A stretch of 64,000 nt of DNA from Candidatus Rothia avicola (GCA_019115985.1 DXCN01000020.1:2605-66604); one strand, 5' to 3'; positions 17,011 through 27,424 are shown, counted from the stretch's first letter. Numbers and translations: made by a program. The notes: generated by a model from the sequence alone, not told the origin.

Positions 17011-17727
17011 CTAGCTACGCAGTGCCTCAGTCAGCGCAGCTGCAGCCTCGCACACTACTTCGGCGTGCAGGCGGCCGGGTTGGCGGGTCAGGCGCTCGAT
17101 GGGGCCCGAGATAGAAACCGCAGCAATGACCTTGCCAGAGGGGGAGCGCACCGGCGCTGAAACGGATGCGGTACCCCGCTCGCGCTCACCGACAGACTGG
17201 GCCCAGCCGCGGCGTCGGACGGCTGCCAGCATGGTAGCTGAGAAACGGGCGTTGTGTAGGCCCTCCACTAGGCGGGCATGGTCTTCCCAAGCAGTAAGAA
17301 TCTGGGCGGCTGAGCCTGCCTTCATGGAAAGCTGGGTGCCGACCGGGATGGTGTCGCGCAGGCCGATAGGACGCTCGGCGGAGGCCACGCAGACGCGCCA
17401 GTCGCCCTGGCGGCGGAAGACTTGGGAGGACTCACCGGTGATATTGCGCAGGTTGTTGAGTACGGGGCCTGCGGCTGCAATCAGGCGGTCTTCGCCGGCG
17501 GCGCTGGATAGTTCACCCAGGCGGGGGCCGAGCATAAAGCGGCCCTGAACGTCGCGGGCTACCAGGCGGTGGTGGGTGAGGGCAACAGCCAGTCGGTGGG
17601 CTGTGGGTCGGGCAAGCCCGGTGGCTTCAACGAGCTGGGACAGGGTGGCGGGGCCTGCTTCGAGGCAGTCAAGAATGTGGGCGGCTTTGTCGAGGACGCC
17701 GACGCCTGAGCTGCGGTTATCTTGCAT
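17011..17727 (-). CDS. IclR-family transcriptional regulator divergent from leuCD (LtbR-like position)
   Basis: Begins MQDNRSSGVGVLDKAAHILDCLE, a winged-helix N-terminus, followed by an IclR effector domain. Divergent IclR-leuCD arrangement as in Corynebacterium and Mycobacterium. Confidence 0.85.
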   Translation of the reverse strand: MQDNRSSGVGVLDKAAHILDCLEAGPATLSQLVEATGLARPTAHRLAVALTHHRLVARDVQGRFMLGPRLGELSSAAGEDRLIAAAGPVLNNLRNITGESSQVFRRQGDWRVCVASAERPIGLRDTIPVGTQLSMKAGSAAQILTAWEDHARLVEGLHNARFSATMLAAVRRRGWAQSVGERERGTASVSAPVRSPSGKVIAAVSISGPIERLTRQPGRLHAEVVCEAAAALTEALRS

Positions 17728-17948
17728 GGTGGTAACTTTCGCCTGTGGTCGTGGGCCGGGCAACGGCCCAGGTGAATGGTGCGGTGGGGGGCCTTTCGAG
17801 TGTGAAAGATTGAGAGCTAAAAGGGATTGTGTCTGTATAACCTATCATGGCTTCTCATATGCTGATATGCAAGTTCATTTATTGGAAAGATTTTCTTCGG
17901 CGCGTCACACTTGTTAAAGCATCACGAGAAAATTTTTTGGAGGACGAC

Positions 17949-19370
17949 ATGGCTGGTATTACCGACCATACCCCGCGAACCTTGGCAGAGAAGGTTTGGG
18001 ATGCGCACACTGTAGTGCCCGGCGAAGACGGCAAGCCTGACCTGCTCTACATCGACCTGCACCTGGTCCACGAAGTGACCTCACCTCAGGCTTTCGAGGG
18101 CCTGCGCCTTGAAGGCCGCCCCCTGCGTCGCCTCGACCTCACCATCGCAACCGAGGACCACAACACTCCCACCGAGAACATCTTCTCCACCATCGCTGAC
18201 CTGACCTCCCGCACCCAGATTGAAACCCTGCGTCGCAATGCTGAGGAATTCGGCGTGCGTATTCACTCCCTGGGCGATAAAGAGCAGGGCATTGTGCACG
18301 TGGTGGGCCCCCAGCTGGGCTTGACCATGCCCGGCATGACCGTGGTCTGCGGTGACTCCCACACCTCAACCCACGGCGCCTTTGGTGCTCTTGCCTTCGG
18401 TATCGGTACCTCTGAGGTAGAGCACGTGATGGCTACCCAGACCCTGCCCCTGGCCCCCTTCAAGACCATGGCCATCAACGTTGAGGGTACCCTCAAGCCC
18501 GGCGTCACCGCTAAGGACATCATCCTGGCTGTTATCGCCGAAATCGGTACCGGCGGTGGCCAGGGCTATGTGCTGGAATACCGCGGCTCGGCTATCCGTG
18601 CTCTCTCTATGGAGGGCCGCATGACCATCTGCAACATGTCCATTGAAGCCGGTGCCCGCGCCGGCATGGTTGCTCCCGACGAGACCACTTTTGAATATGT
18701 CAAGGGCCGCCCCCACGCACCGACCGGTGAGAACTGGGATGCAGCCGTTGAATACTGGAAGACCCTGCCCACCGATGAAGGTGCAACCTTTGACCGCGAG
18801 GTCTTCATCAATGCCGACGATCTTGAACCCTTCGTCACCTGGGGCACAAACCCGGGCCAGGGCGTCCCCCTCTCCCAGGCCGTACCCTTCCCCGAGGACT
18901 TTGAGGACGAAAACGAGCAGAAGGCAGCCGCCCGCGCCCTGGAATACATGGACCTGACCGCAGGTACCCCCATGAAGGACATCCCCGTGGACGTGGTCTT
19001 CCTGGGCTCCTGCACCAACTCCCGCATCGAGGACCTGCGCGCTGCCGCCGAGATCGTCAAGGGCCAGAAGCTGGCTGAGGGCGTGCGCATGATGGTTGTT
19101 CCCGGCTCCCAGAAAGTGCGAGCTCAGGCCGAAGAAGAGGGCCTGGACCAGATTTTCAAGGACTTCGGCGCCGACTGGCGTTTTGCTGGCTGCTCCATGT
19201 GCCTGGGTATGAACCCCGACCAGCTGGCCCCCGGCGAACGCTGCGCTTCGACCTCCAACCGCAACTTTGAAGGACGCCAGGGTAAGGGTGGGCGTACCCA
19301 CCTGGTTTCCCCGCTGGTCGCCGCCGCTACCGCTATCCGCGGAACTCTCTCATCACCGGCAGACCTGTAG
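17949..19370 (+). CDS. leuC: 3-isopropylmalate dehydratase large subunit
   Basis: Starts [20 protein letters not shown] with a GGAGGA SD. Aconitase-family cysteine motifs ([15 protein letters not shown]). The upstream in-frame extension from 17847 is rejected. Confidence 0.92.
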   Translation: MAGITDHTPRTLAEKVWDAHTVVPGEDGKPDLLYIDLHLVHEVTSPQAFEGLRLEGRPLRRLDLTIATEDHNTPTENIFSTIADLTSRTQIETLRRNAEEFGVRIHSLGDKEQGIVHVVGPQLGLTMPGMTVVCGDSHTSTHGAFGALAFGIGTSEVEHVMATQTLPLAPFKTMAINVEGTLKPGVTAKDIILAVIAEIGTGGGQGYVLEYRGSAIRALSMEGRMTICNMSIEAGARAGMVAPDETTFEYVKGRPHAPTGENWDAAVEYWKTLPTDEGATFDREVFINADDLEPFVTWGTNPGQGVPLSQAVPFPEDFEDENEQKAAARALEYMDLTAGTPMKDIPVDVVFLGSCTNSRIEDLRAAAEIVKGQKLAEGVRMMVVPGSQKVRAQAEEEGLDQIFKDFGADWRFAGCSMCLGMNPDQLAPGERCASTSNRNFEGRQGKGGRTHLVSPLVAAATAIRGTLSSPADL

Positions 19371-19416
19371 GCCCTCTTTGAACGAACCCGGTAAGTCCGG
19401 GTGGAACGGATTTTTC

Positions 19417-20010
19417 ATGGAACCCATTAAGAAGCACACCGGCATTGGCGTGCCCCTGCGTGCCTCCAACGTCGATACCGACCAGATTATCCCCGCTGTC
19501 TACCTCAAGCGCGTGACCAAGACTGGCTTCGATGACGCCCTGTTCGCTGGCTGGCGCAAGGACGAGAACTTCATCCTCAACCAGGAGCCCTACAAACACG
19601 GTTCTGTGCTGGTTGCCGGCCCCGATTTCGGTACCGGCTCATCCCGCGAGCACGCGGTCTGGGCTCTCAAGGACTACGGTTTCCGCGTGGTTATCTCAGC
19701 CCGTTTCGCCGACATCTTCCGTGGTAACTCCGGCAAGCAGGGCCTTGTTGCTGCCCAGGTAGACCAGGACAACATCGAACTGATCTGGAAGCAGCTAGAG
19801 ACCGAACCCGGCACTGAAGTCACTGTTGACCTGGAAGACAAGACCGTCACTGTCGGCGCTTTGACCGTGCCCTTCCAGATTGATGACTACGTGTGCTGGC
19901 GCCTGATGGAAGGCCTGGATGACATCGGCCTCACCCTGCAACACGAGGACGCCATCACCGCCTACGAGGCCAAGCGCCCCGCCTGGCTGCCCCGCACCCA
20001 GCAGCTGTAA
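19417..20010 (+). CDS. leuD: 3-isopropylmalate dehydratase small subunit
   Basis: [27 protein letters not shown] and [17 protein letters not shown] motifs. Immediately follows leuC. Confidence 0.92.
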   Translation: MEPIKKHTGIGVPLRASNVDTDQIIPAVYLKRVTKTGFDDALFAGWRKDENFILNQEPYKHGSVLVAGPDFGTGSSREHAVWALKDYGFRVVISARFADIFRGNSGKQGLVAAQVDQDNIELIWKQLETEPGTEVTVDLEDKTVTVGALTVPFQIDDYVCWRLMEGLDDIGLTLQHEDAITAYEAKRPAWLPRTQQL

Positions 20011-20033
20011 AACCCACCCCGCAGCTTAACTCA

Positions 20034-20065
20034 AAGGACGCCGGGCCCCGCGCACCGGCGTCCTT
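20034..20065 (+). terminator. Hairpin terminator after leuD
   Basis: aaggacgccgg / ccggcgtcctt, an 11-bp stem with a weak T tail. Confidence 0.55.
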
Positions 20066-20231
20066 GCGGCGTTCTGCCTAGCCCGTCTAGATAAGTAAAA
20101 GCTGTGGTATGGCTAAGAACACCGCCTGTACAACAACCAGTGCACCTAAGTGGGGTAAAGTTGGTAAACGAGAATTGACGCGTAAAGTAACGCGCCTTAA
20201 CACCCCTAACAGTTTTGACGATTGGACATAC

Positions 20232-21554
20232 ATGGTCAGCGCACTGCGTATTGAAGGTGGCACCCCTCTGAAGGGCGAAGTAAACGTCCGCGGTGCTAAG
20301 AACCTGGTCCCCAAGGCCATGGTTGCCGCCCTGCTGGGTTCCACCCCCTCGGTGCTCCGCAACGTTCCCGAAATCAAGGACGTACAGGTCGTTACCGACC
20401 TGGTTGAGCTACACGGCGTATCGGTGGACTACAACATGCAGGCCGGCGAGCTGCGCATGGACCCCTCAAAGGTTTCTGTAGCCAACCACACCGACATTGA
20501 GGTGCACGCAGGCGACTCCCGCATCCCGATTCTGCTCTGTGGCCCCCTGCTGCACACCATCGGTGAGGCCTTCATCCCCGACCTGGGTGGCTGCAAGATC
20601 GGTGACCGCCCCATCAACTGGCACCTGCGCGTACTCGAAAAGTTCGGTGCCAAGATTGAGAAGCTGCCCACCGGCATCTCCATGAAGGCCCCCGCAGACG
20701 GGCTCAAGGGTGCCCAGATCAACCTGGAGTACCCCTCAGTGGGTGCTACCGAGCAGGTTCTGCTGGCCGCTTCACGTGCCAAGGGCAAGACCGAGCTAAC
20801 CGGCGCTGCCATCGAGCCCGAAATTATGGACCTCATCGCTATTCTGCAGAAGATGGGTGCCATCATCACCGTCGAAACCGACCGCCAGATCATCATTGAG
20901 GGCGTCGACGAGCTAACCGGCTTCAACCACGTGGCCATGCCCGACCGCAACGAATCAGCCTCCTGGGCTTCAGCAGCCCTGGCCACCGGCGGCGACATCT
21001 TCGTGCGCAACGCCAACCAGAAGGACCTCTCCACCTTCATCAACGTCTACCGCAAGCTGGGTGGCGGCCTGGACATCACCGACGAGGGCATCCGCTTCTT
21101 CCACCAGGGCGGCGACCTGAACCCCCTCTTCGTTGAAACCAACGTACACCCCGGCTTCATGACCGACTGGCAGCAGCCCCTGGTCGTAGCCATGACCCAG
21201 GCTAAGGGCGTCTCCGTTGTTCACGAGACCGTCTACGAGAACCGCTTCGGCTTCACCGACGCCCTGGTTCGCATGGGCGCTACCGTGCAGCTGCACAAGG
21301 ACTGCCTGGGCCCCACCCCCTGCCGCTTCGGCCACCAGAACTTCAAGCACTCAGCCATCATCACCGGCAAGACCCCCCTGCGCGGGGCCGACATCAACGT
21401 GCCCGACCTGCGCGGTGGCTTCTCCCACGTGATCGCTGCCCTGACCGCTGAAGGCATCTCAAACGTCACCGGCGTTTCCGTGATCTCCCGCGGCTACGAG
21501 CACTTCGTTGATAAGCTCACCGCCCTGGGCGCTAACTTCGAGGTCACTGCCTAA
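20232..21554 (+). CDS. murA: UDP-N-acetylglucosamine 1-carboxyvinyltransferase
   Basis: MVSALRIEGGTPLKGEVNVRGAKN N-terminus. Active-site loop LGGCKIGDRPI retains Cys. The upstream in-frame extension from 20109 is rejected. Confidence 0.9.
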   Translation: MVSALRIEGGTPLKGEVNVRGAKNLVPKAMVAALLGSTPSVLRNVPEIKDVQVVTDLVELHGVSVDYNMQAGELRMDPSKVSVANHTDIEVHAGDSRIPILLCGPLLHTIGEAFIPDLGGCKIGDRPINWHLRVLEKFGAKIEKLPTGISMKAPADGLKGAQINLEYPSVGATEQVLLAASRAKGKTELTGAAIEPEIMDLIAILQKMGAIITVETDRQIIIEGVDELTGFNHVAMPDRNESASWASAALATGGDIFVRNANQKDLSTFINVYRKLGGGLDITDEGIRFFHQGGDLNPLFVETNVHPGFMTDWQQPLVVAMTQAKGVSVVHETVYENRFGFTDALVRMGATVQLHKDCLGPTPCRFGHQNFKHSAIITGKTPLRGADINVPDLRGGFSHVIAALTAEGISNVTGVSVISRGYEHFVDKLTALGANFEVTA

Positions 21555-21555
21555 G

Positions 21556-22329
21556 ATGAGCAAGAACAGCGCTTCTTTGAGTGATATCAAGCCCACCAAG
21601 ATGGGGGACGCGGTCTACACCGTAGCCGGTACACTCTTGCGCCCCCTCTACAACCTGCCCATGAAAGCGCAGATTGAGGGGCGGGAGAAGCTACCCAAGA
21701 CCGGCGGGTTTATCGTGGTCTCAAACCACCTGACCGTGGTAGACCCGATTACCGCAGCCTACCCTCTCTTCCTTGAGGGCGTGCTGCCCCGGTTCTTGGC
21801 CAAAGAAGCGCTGTTTAGGGTGCCGGTGCTGGGCTGGCTCATGCGCCAGTGCGCCCACATCCCGGTCGCTCGCGGCTCAGCCCGGGCAGGCCAGTCCCTT
21901 GAGGTGGCCCAGAATGTTCTGGACGCTGGGGGAGCGGTCATTATCTTCCCCGAGGGCACCCTGACCAAGGACCCCGACATGTGGCCCATGACCGGTAAAT
22001 CGGGGGCAGCCCGCCTGGCCCTGGCCACCGGCGCCCCGGTCTACCCGGTAGCCCACTGGGGCGACCAGGACTTCTGGCCCCGCCGCGGCAAGCCCCGCTT
22101 CAGCTGGCCCCGTAAGAAGGTCAAGATTGTGGTGGGCGACCCGGTCGATTTCAGCGACCTGGTCCAGCGCCGTGAAGACGGTGCCCGCTACACCCACGAC
22201 GAGCTGGCCGCAGTCACCAACCGCATGCTCGACGACGTCACCGCCCTGCTTGAGGGCCTGCGCGGAGAGAAAGCCCCTGCCGGGCGCTGGAACGCCGTTT
22301 TGGACGTCCGCCAGTCACCTGACCAGTAA
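21556..22329 (+). CDS. Lysophospholipid (1-acyl-sn-glycerol-3-phosphate) acyltransferase family protein
   Basis: HX4D motif (SNHLTVVD) and FPEGT motif. ATG begins 2 nt after the murA stop. Confidence 0.8.
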   Translation: MSKNSASLSDIKPTKMGDAVYTVAGTLLRPLYNLPMKAQIEGREKLPKTGGFIVVSNHLTVVDPITAAYPLFLEGVLPRFLAKEALFRVPVLGWLMRQCAHIPVARGSARAGQSLEVAQNVLDAGGAVIIFPEGTLTKDPDMWPMTGKSGAARLALATGAPVYPVAHWGDQDFWPRRGKPRFSWPRKKVKIVVGDPVDFSDLVQRREDGARYTHDELAAVTNRMLDDVTALLEGLRGEKAPAGRWNAVLDVRQSPDQ

Positions 22330-22351
22330 CCGTTAGGGGAGGCACGTACCC

Positions 22352-23443
22352 ATGACCGATGTGAAGCACCAGAAAATTGCTGTTCTTGGAGCAGGTAGCT
22401 GGGGCACCGCTTTTGCCAAGGTTCTTGCGGACGCCGCCGCCAGCTCAGGCGCCGACCGGCAGGTTGTGCTGTGGGGTCGTAACCCCACCACGATGGAAGC
22501 CATGCAGCAGAGCCGCACCAACGAGGGCTACTTCCCCGGGGTCAAGCTCCCCGACAATATGGTTATGACGGCCGATGCAGCTGAAGCTCTGACCGGGGCC
22601 AGCATCGTGGTGCTGGCAATTCCGGCCCAGGTGTTGCGCTCCCAGCTTGAGGTTTTTGCCCCCCTGATGGAAGAGGACGCCCTGCTGGTGTCTCTGGCCA
22701 AGGGCCTAGAAATGGGGACGGGCCTGCGCATGAGCGAGGTCATGATTGAGGTGCTCCAAGGGCACCTGATTGCCAGCGGTGCAGCCCCCGAAACAGTTGA
22801 GGTTGTGCCGGGGCGGGTCACCGTGCTCTCTGGCCCCAACCTGGCCAAGGAAATCATCGCGGAGCAGCCCACCACCAGCGTGGTTGCCGCTCAAAGCGAG
22901 GAAACCGCCCGGCAGATTGCCGCTATCTGCGCCGCCGACTACTTCCGCCCCTACACCAACACCGATATTGTGGGCGTAGAAATTGGCGGTCTGGTAAAGA
23001 ACGTCATTGCCCTCTGCGTGGGCATGTGTGAGGGAAAGCAGTACGGCGATAACTCCAAGGCCTCGGTCATGACCCGGGGTCTAGCTGAGACCACCCGCCT
23101 GGCCCTGGCTCTTGGAGGTAAGAGCGAGACCATGAGTGGCCTGGCCGGTATGGGAGACCTCATCGCTACCTGTGCCTCGCCGCTTTCCCGCAACCACACC
23201 GCCGGGCGTCTGCTGGCCGAGGGCATTGCCCCTGACCAGCTGCACACCGTCATGACCCAGACCGCCGAGTCCATCAAGTCTGCCCCCGTTGTGGCAGAGC
23301 TCGCGCGAAAAGTAGGGGTAGAAATGCCCATTACCGAAGCGGTCACCGCCGTGCTCGACCGTAGAATATCAGTTGAAGAATTAGCCCCCGCCTTGCTGGG
23401 CCGCTCCCTCAAATCTGAGCAAAGCACCCCGGTAGCCAGCTAG
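22352..23443 (+). CDS. gpsA: NAD(P)H-dependent glycerol-3-phosphate dehydrogenase
   Basis: IAVLGAGSWGTAFA Rossmann N-terminus and GLVKNVIA, GMGDLIATC motifs. Confidence 0.9.
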   Translation: MTDVKHQKIAVLGAGSWGTAFAKVLADAAASSGADRQVVLWGRNPTTMEAMQQSRTNEGYFPGVKLPDNMVMTADAAEALTGASIVVLAIPAQVLRSQLEVFAPLMEEDALLVSLAKGLEMGTGLRMSEVMIEVLQGHLIASGAAPETVEVVPGRVTVLSGPNLAKEIIAEQPTTSVVAAQSEETARQIAAICAADYFRPYTNTDIVGVEIGGLVKNVIALCVGMCEGKQYGDNSKASVMTRGLAETTRLALALGGKSETMSGLAGMGDLIATCASPLSRNHTAGRLLAEGIAPDQLHTVMTQTAESIKSAPVVAELARKVGVEMPITEAVTAVLDRRISVEELAPALLGRSLKSEQSTPVAS

Positions 23444-23483
23444 GGCAGACGGGGCTGAGCCCCGCACGAAACCAAAGGACGTT

Positions 23484-24611
23484 ATGACCGAAACCAGCAC
23501 CAAACCTACCGTCGCCCTGCTGTGCGGTGGGCGCTCGTCCGAGCACTCCATCTCATTGATTACCGCCCGAGGCGTACTCGGGGCCATCGACCACGATAAG
23601 TATGACGTGGTCACCATCGGTATCACCAAGGACGGCCGCTGGTACCTGACCGACGAGGAGGCCCTGGTCGAGCTGACCGAGGCTACCGCCTTGGCAGAGT
23701 TCCCCGCTGAGGGCAAGCAGGTCTTCCTACCCCTGGGTGGCGGCGATAACCGCCTGCGCCTGATTGACTCCGCTGCTGCCACCGGCGTTGAGATAGGCCC
23801 GGCTATCGACGTGGTCTTCCCCCTGCTCCACGGCCCCTTCGGCGAGGACGGCACCGTGCAGGGCCTGCTGGAAATGGCAGATCTGAAGTACGTGGGCTGC
23901 GGCGTAGCCTCATCTGCTATCGGCATGGATAAGCACTTCATGAAGGTGGCTTTTGAGGCCGCTGGCCTAGAGGTTGGGCCCTACGAGGTTGTGACCCACC
24001 GCCAGTGGGTGCTTGACCAGGCCGGTGCGCGCGAGCGCATCGAAAAGCTGGGCTACCCGGTCTTTGTGAAGCCTGCCCGTGCGGGCTCGTCCTTCGGTAT
24101 CACCAAGGTTGATTCGGCGGACCAGCTTGATGCGGCGATTGCTGAGGCCCAGGCCCACGACCCCAAGCTGGTGATTGAGGCCGGTATTGTGGGCCGTGAG
24201 ATTGAGTGTGCTGTACTCGATGGGCACCGCTCTGAGCTGCCCCGGGCTTCTTACCCCGGTGAGATTGTGGTGGTTGATGAGCAGCACGGTTTCTATGATT
24301 TTGAGGCCAAGTACGTTTCGAAGACTTCGGCTGAGACTCGCTGCCCGGCTGACCTGCCCGCTGAGGTTTCTGAGCGGATGCGCCAGCTGGCTGTTGAGGC
24401 CTTCCTGGCCGTTGACGGTGAGGGCCTGTGCCGCGCTGACTTCTTCTACACCGAGGACGGCCGCCTGGTGATTAACGAGGTGAACACCATGCCCGGCTTT
24501 ACCCCCATTTCTATGTATAAGACCATGTGGGAGAATACCGGCCTGGCCTATGGTGATTTGATCGACGAGCTGATCTCTCTGGCCCTGGAGCGCCCCCTGG
24601 GCCTGCGCTAG
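23484..24611 (+). CDS. ddl: D-alanine--D-alanine ligase
   Basis: VALLCGGRSSEHSISL, LHGPFGEDGTVQGLLE, ATP-grasp core, and the EVNTMPGFT C-terminal motif. Confidence 0.92.
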   Translation: MTETSTKPTVALLCGGRSSEHSISLITARGVLGAIDHDKYDVVTIGITKDGRWYLTDEEALVELTEATALAEFPAEGKQVFLPLGGGDNRLRLIDSAAATGVEIGPAIDVVFPLLHGPFGEDGTVQGLLEMADLKYVGCGVASSAIGMDKHFMKVAFEAAGLEVGPYEVVTHRQWVLDQAGARERIEKLGYPVFVKPARAGSSFGITKVDSADQLDAAIAEAQAHDPKLVIEAGIVGREIECAVLDGHRSELPRASYPGEIVVVDEQHGFYDFEAKYVSKTSAETRCPADLPAEVSERMRQLAVEAFLAVDGEGLCRADFFYTEDGRLVINEVNTMPGFTPISMYKTMWENTGLAYGDLIDELISLALERPLGLR

Positions 24612-24658
24612 GAGCCCTCATCGGCACTGAGGTAAGCCTCTGCCTCTAGATGTTAACG

Positions 24659-24693
24659 AAACCCCCGCTGCCTGAGACGGTATCGGGGGTTTT
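24659..24693. terminator. Terminator between convergent ddl and the DUF3515 gene
   Basis: aaacccccg / cgggggttt stem followed by a T-run. Confidence 0.7.
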
Positions 24694-24712
24694 GCTGACG
24701 GAGGTTTTTCGT

Positions 24713-25240
24713 TTAGCTGCCGGTGCCGCTGTCGACACCGGTAAGGGTGTCATCGACATTGGTGCACTGCATCTGCTGGGGTATCTGGGCGACGGCCGAC
24801 GATACTTCTGCAAGGACGGTGGAGGAGGAGACCCTATCAGCGTCGAAGGTTACCTGAACGGCGGGGTCGCGGCCGAAGGTTTCGGCAAGCCAGGTGCCGG
24901 TGGCTGTTTGCTCGGCGGCAGTGGCGAGTTCTTCGTCGGCGGGTTTGACGATCCAGTCAACGCCGTTGACCGAGACACAGGTATCTGAGACGGGGGCTGT
25001 GCTGAGCTCGACTCCGCACTTGAGGATGACGGCGCTGGGGTCGCCCCAGGCGGTGGTGGCCTGGGCGGTGGTTTCACGCTGGGCCAGGCCACTGACGGTA
25101 TCGGGCATAGCAACCAGGGCGTAGGCGCAGGTGGGGTTGGCGGCGTCTGGGGCCGGTTCGAGGTTGACGGCACCTGCCCCGCAGCCGGTCAGGCCTAGAG
25201 CGGTCAGGACGAGGACGAGGGGTTTGCGCGGTGTTCTCAC
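24713..25240 (-). CDS. DUF3515-type lipoprotein
   Basis: Signal peptide with lipobox LTALGLTGC. Conserved position between ddl and thiL in actinomycetes. NPTCAYAL...WGDPSAVILKCG pattern. Confidence 0.75.
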   Translation of the reverse strand: MRTPRKPLVLVLTALGLTGCGAGAVNLEPAPDAANPTCAYALVAMPDTVSGLAQRETTAQATTAWGDPSAVILKCGVELSTAPVSDTCVSVNGVDWIVKPADEELATAAEQTATGTWLAETFGRDPAVQVTFDADRVSSSTVLAEVSSAVAQIPQQMQCTNVDDTLTGVDSGTGS

Positions 25241-25374
25241 CTGGCTATTGTATAACTTTCGCTGTGGCAGGACGCCGGTGGTGAGGGAGGCTAGCCGGGG
25301 GAGAGCAGATTCGGTAGGGTAGGGGTAGGTAGCCGAACAAGACTGCCTGGATATGAGTGATGGAAGGAGGGGCT

Positions 25375-26376
25375 ATGAAGCAGAAGACCTATTATGCGGC
25401 GGGGACGGCTCTTGCCGTGGCGGTAGCCCCCCTTGCCCTGCTCGCGGGGCAGGTTCTCACCGGCCCCCAGAGCGCTTTCGCCACTGATCCGACAGAAAGC
25501 CCCGCCCCTACAAGTTCCGCACCCACCAGCACACCGTCGGTGGGTGAGAGCCCGAGCGAGAGCCCTAGTCTAGAGGTTACAGTCGCCCCTAGTGCTACTG
25601 AATCGCCCAGCCCCGAAACACCAACACCTGGGACTCCCGCACCGGAGGCTCCTAGCCCTGATCCTACGAGTGCGGAGCCGACAAGCCCCGCGCCTGAACC
25701 TAGCTCGCCTGCGCTACCTAGCCCGGCACCAGAACCCACCAGCGACCCGGTGCCTTCGGCTGACCCTGAGCCGGTTCCTGCCCCCAGTGAGTCGGTCATC
25801 GTGGTTCCGGTACCGCCGGGGGAGACGCCCGCCCCTGATGGGACCGGCAGAGCTGCCGGGCTGCCCAGCCTGCCCGCCGCCGACCCCTCGGCCCAACCGT
25901 CCGCCGGTACGGGCCAAAGCGAGGGTAGCCAAGTTTCGGCACCGGGCCAGGGAGCCTTCGTGCCCTCAACCCTGGGCAACAGCGTCGCTGGGGCCCAGGA
26001 CCCGACCCGGATGGACGCCGATACCAGCCAGCTGGAAAGCTCACCGGTAGATGGGACCGTGCTGGGTATTTTTTCAAGCAGCCAGCAGAGCCCCGGGTAC
26101 GCGGGGGCACCTGAGTGGGTGGAGGGCTTCTTGAACGTGTCGGGGGCCCAGGGGAACAGGCCCTCATCTGCCGACCCCAACCAGGCCGCCGGTGTTGCCG
26201 GGGCAGAGGCCCAGGGGCACCAGGCCGGGGCGGTGACCGGGGGGAGTATCTTCCAGCGCGGCAACACCATTATGAACGGTGCCCGCCCCCTGCTGATTTT
26301 TACGGGTATTGCCACGGCGGGCCTGGCCCTGGTGGTCTTTAACTTTATCTGGCGTAACCGCGCGCCCAGGAACTAG
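25375..26376 (+). CDS. Secreted Pro/Ser/Thr/Glu-rich protein with C-terminal membrane anchor
   Basis: GGAGG SD. Signal peptide MKQKTYYAAGTALAVAVAPLALLAGQVLTGPQSAFA. About 150 aa of SPxPEPT-like low complexity. Terminal helix LLIFTGIATAGLALVVFNFIW followed by RNRAPRN. No LPXTG motif seen. Confidence 0.65.
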   Translation: MKQKTYYAAGTALAVAVAPLALLAGQVLTGPQSAFATDPTESPAPTSSAPTSTPSVGESPSESPSLEVTVAPSATESPSPETPTPGTPAPEAPSPDPTSAEPTSPAPEPSSPALPSPAPEPTSDPVPSADPEPVPAPSESVIVVPVPPGETPAPDGTGRAAGLPSLPAADPSAQPSAGTGQSEGSQVSAPGQGAFVPSTLGNSVAGAQDPTRMDADTSQLESSPVDGTVLGIFSSSQQSPGYAGAPEWVEGFLNVSGAQGNRPSSADPNQAAGVAGAEAQGHQAGAVTGGSIFQRGNTIMNGARPLLIFTGIATAGLALVVFNFIWRNRAPRN

Positions 26377-26383
26377 GAGCCCT

Positions 26384-27424
26384 ATGCAGACCGTTGCCCA
26401 GATGAGTGAGAGCCAGCTTCTTGCCCTGTTTATGCCTGTTCTGGCTGAGCACAATGAGCGGGCGGCGGACCTCCGTGCCGAGCTGGGTGCCCCCGGCGCC
26501 CTGGTGCTGGGGCCGGGGGATGATTCTGCTGCCCTCGATTTGCGGGGCGGGCTGACCGTCATGAGCACCGACACCCAAACCGAAAACCAGGACTTCCGCC
26601 GCAGCTGGCCCTCAGGCTACACAACCGGCGGGTTTGAAGTGGGCTGGAAAGCCGCCACCCAGAACCTGGCCGATATCGCAGCTATGGGGGCTACCCCGGT
26701 CACCCTGCTGGTATCTCTCACCCTGACCCCCGATACCCCCGTGAGCTGGGTGCAGGAATTTGCCCGGGGGATTACCGAATCCTGTACTGCCCAGGAGGCT
26801 ACCACCTGCACGATTGCCGGGGGCGATATGGGCTCCGGTAGCGAAATCTCGGTAACGGTCACCTCTGTGGGCCTGACCAACCGGCCCATCACTCGAAGCG
26901 GAGCCCGCCCCGGGGACGCCGTGGTCTTTGCCGGTGCCCTGGGCACCGCAGCTGCCGGCCTAGCCCTGCTCGACTCAGCTCCCTTCACCGCGACCGAAGA
27001 GCTGACCGCCTGCGTCCGCGCCCAGCAGCGCCCCCGCTCGCCCCTTCACCTGGGGCCGGAGAGCGCCCCCTACCTGACCTCCCTCATGGACGTCTCCGAT
27101 GGGCTGGTGCGTGACGGCGGCCGTATCGCAGCCGCCTCCGGCGTGGCTCTCGACCTCGACTCGACGGCCCTGGCCCCCTGGGTTAACAGGGTAGGCCCTG
27201 CAGCCCTGCTCACCGCAGGCACCCTCGAACAGGCGGACGCCCAGGCCCTGCGCTGGGTACTGACCGGCGGGGAAGACCACGGCCTACTAGGCACCTGCCC
27301 ACCTGCACAGATACCGCCCGGATTTACTAGAATTGGTACGGTAGAGGCAGGCGACGGAATCACCGTCGACGGCCGCACCTACACCGTGAAAGGATGGGAT
27401 CACTTTGAGGCAGGTTCCCGCTGA
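26384..27424 (+). CDS. thiL: Thiamine-monophosphate kinase
   Basis: AIR-synthase-like fold motifs (GPGDDSAAL, TTDTQ-like STDTQTENQDF, GGDMGSGS, MDVSDGL). Conserved position next to DUF3515. Start taken at ATG 26384. Confidence 0.85.
   Translation: MQTVAQMSESQLLALFMPVLAEHNERAADLRAELGAPGALVLGPGDDSAALDLRGGLTVMSTDTQTENQDFRRSWPSGYTTGGFEVGWKAATQNLADIAAMGATPVTLLVSLTLTPDTPVSWVQEFARGITESCTAQEATTCTIAGGDMGSGSEISVTVTSVGLTNRPITRSGARPGDAVVFAGALGTAAAGLALLDSAPFTATEELTACVRAQQRPRSPLHLGPESAPYLTSLMDVSDGLVRDGGRIAAASGVALDLDSTALAPWVNRVGPAALLTAGTLEQADAQALRWVLTGGEDHGLLGTCPPAQIPPGFTRIGTVEAGDGITVDGRTYTVKGWDHFEAGSR

Noticed and set aside
17764-17948. AT-rich IclR/leuC divergent spacer, considered for a leucine leader peptide/attenuator or a defined LtbR operator
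   Set aside because: No Leu-rich small ORF or terminator/antiterminator pair was found. Short repeats (ATATGC twice, TATCA/TGATA) are too weak to call a site without a known matrix.
18366-19301. 311-aa and 174-aa ORFs antisense to leuC
   Set aside because: leuC is unambiguous from its aconitase-family motifs. The antisense frames are low-complexity Gly/Ala/Val shadows.
25480-25800. Repetitive SP/TP/EP-coding DNA, considered as a tandem repeat or CRISPR-like array
   Set aside because: There are no regularly spaced identical repeats with unique spacers. It is degenerate coding low complexity inside one ORF. No CRISPR array or cas genes occur anywhere in the window.
25392-26315. 307-aa ORF antisense to the proline-rich protein gene
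   Set aside because: It is a Gly/Ala/Ser-rich mirror image of the Pro-rich sense frame. The sense frame has an SD, a signal peptide and a TM anchor; the antisense frame has none of these.
26300-26384. TPP riboswitch upstream of thiL, and generic riboswitch or T-box checks upstream of thrC, ilvE and gltX
   Set aside because: The spacers are too short or lack the conserved cores I know, such as the CUGAGA core of the thi-box or the T-box AGGGUGGNACCGCG. Nothing is supportable by eye.
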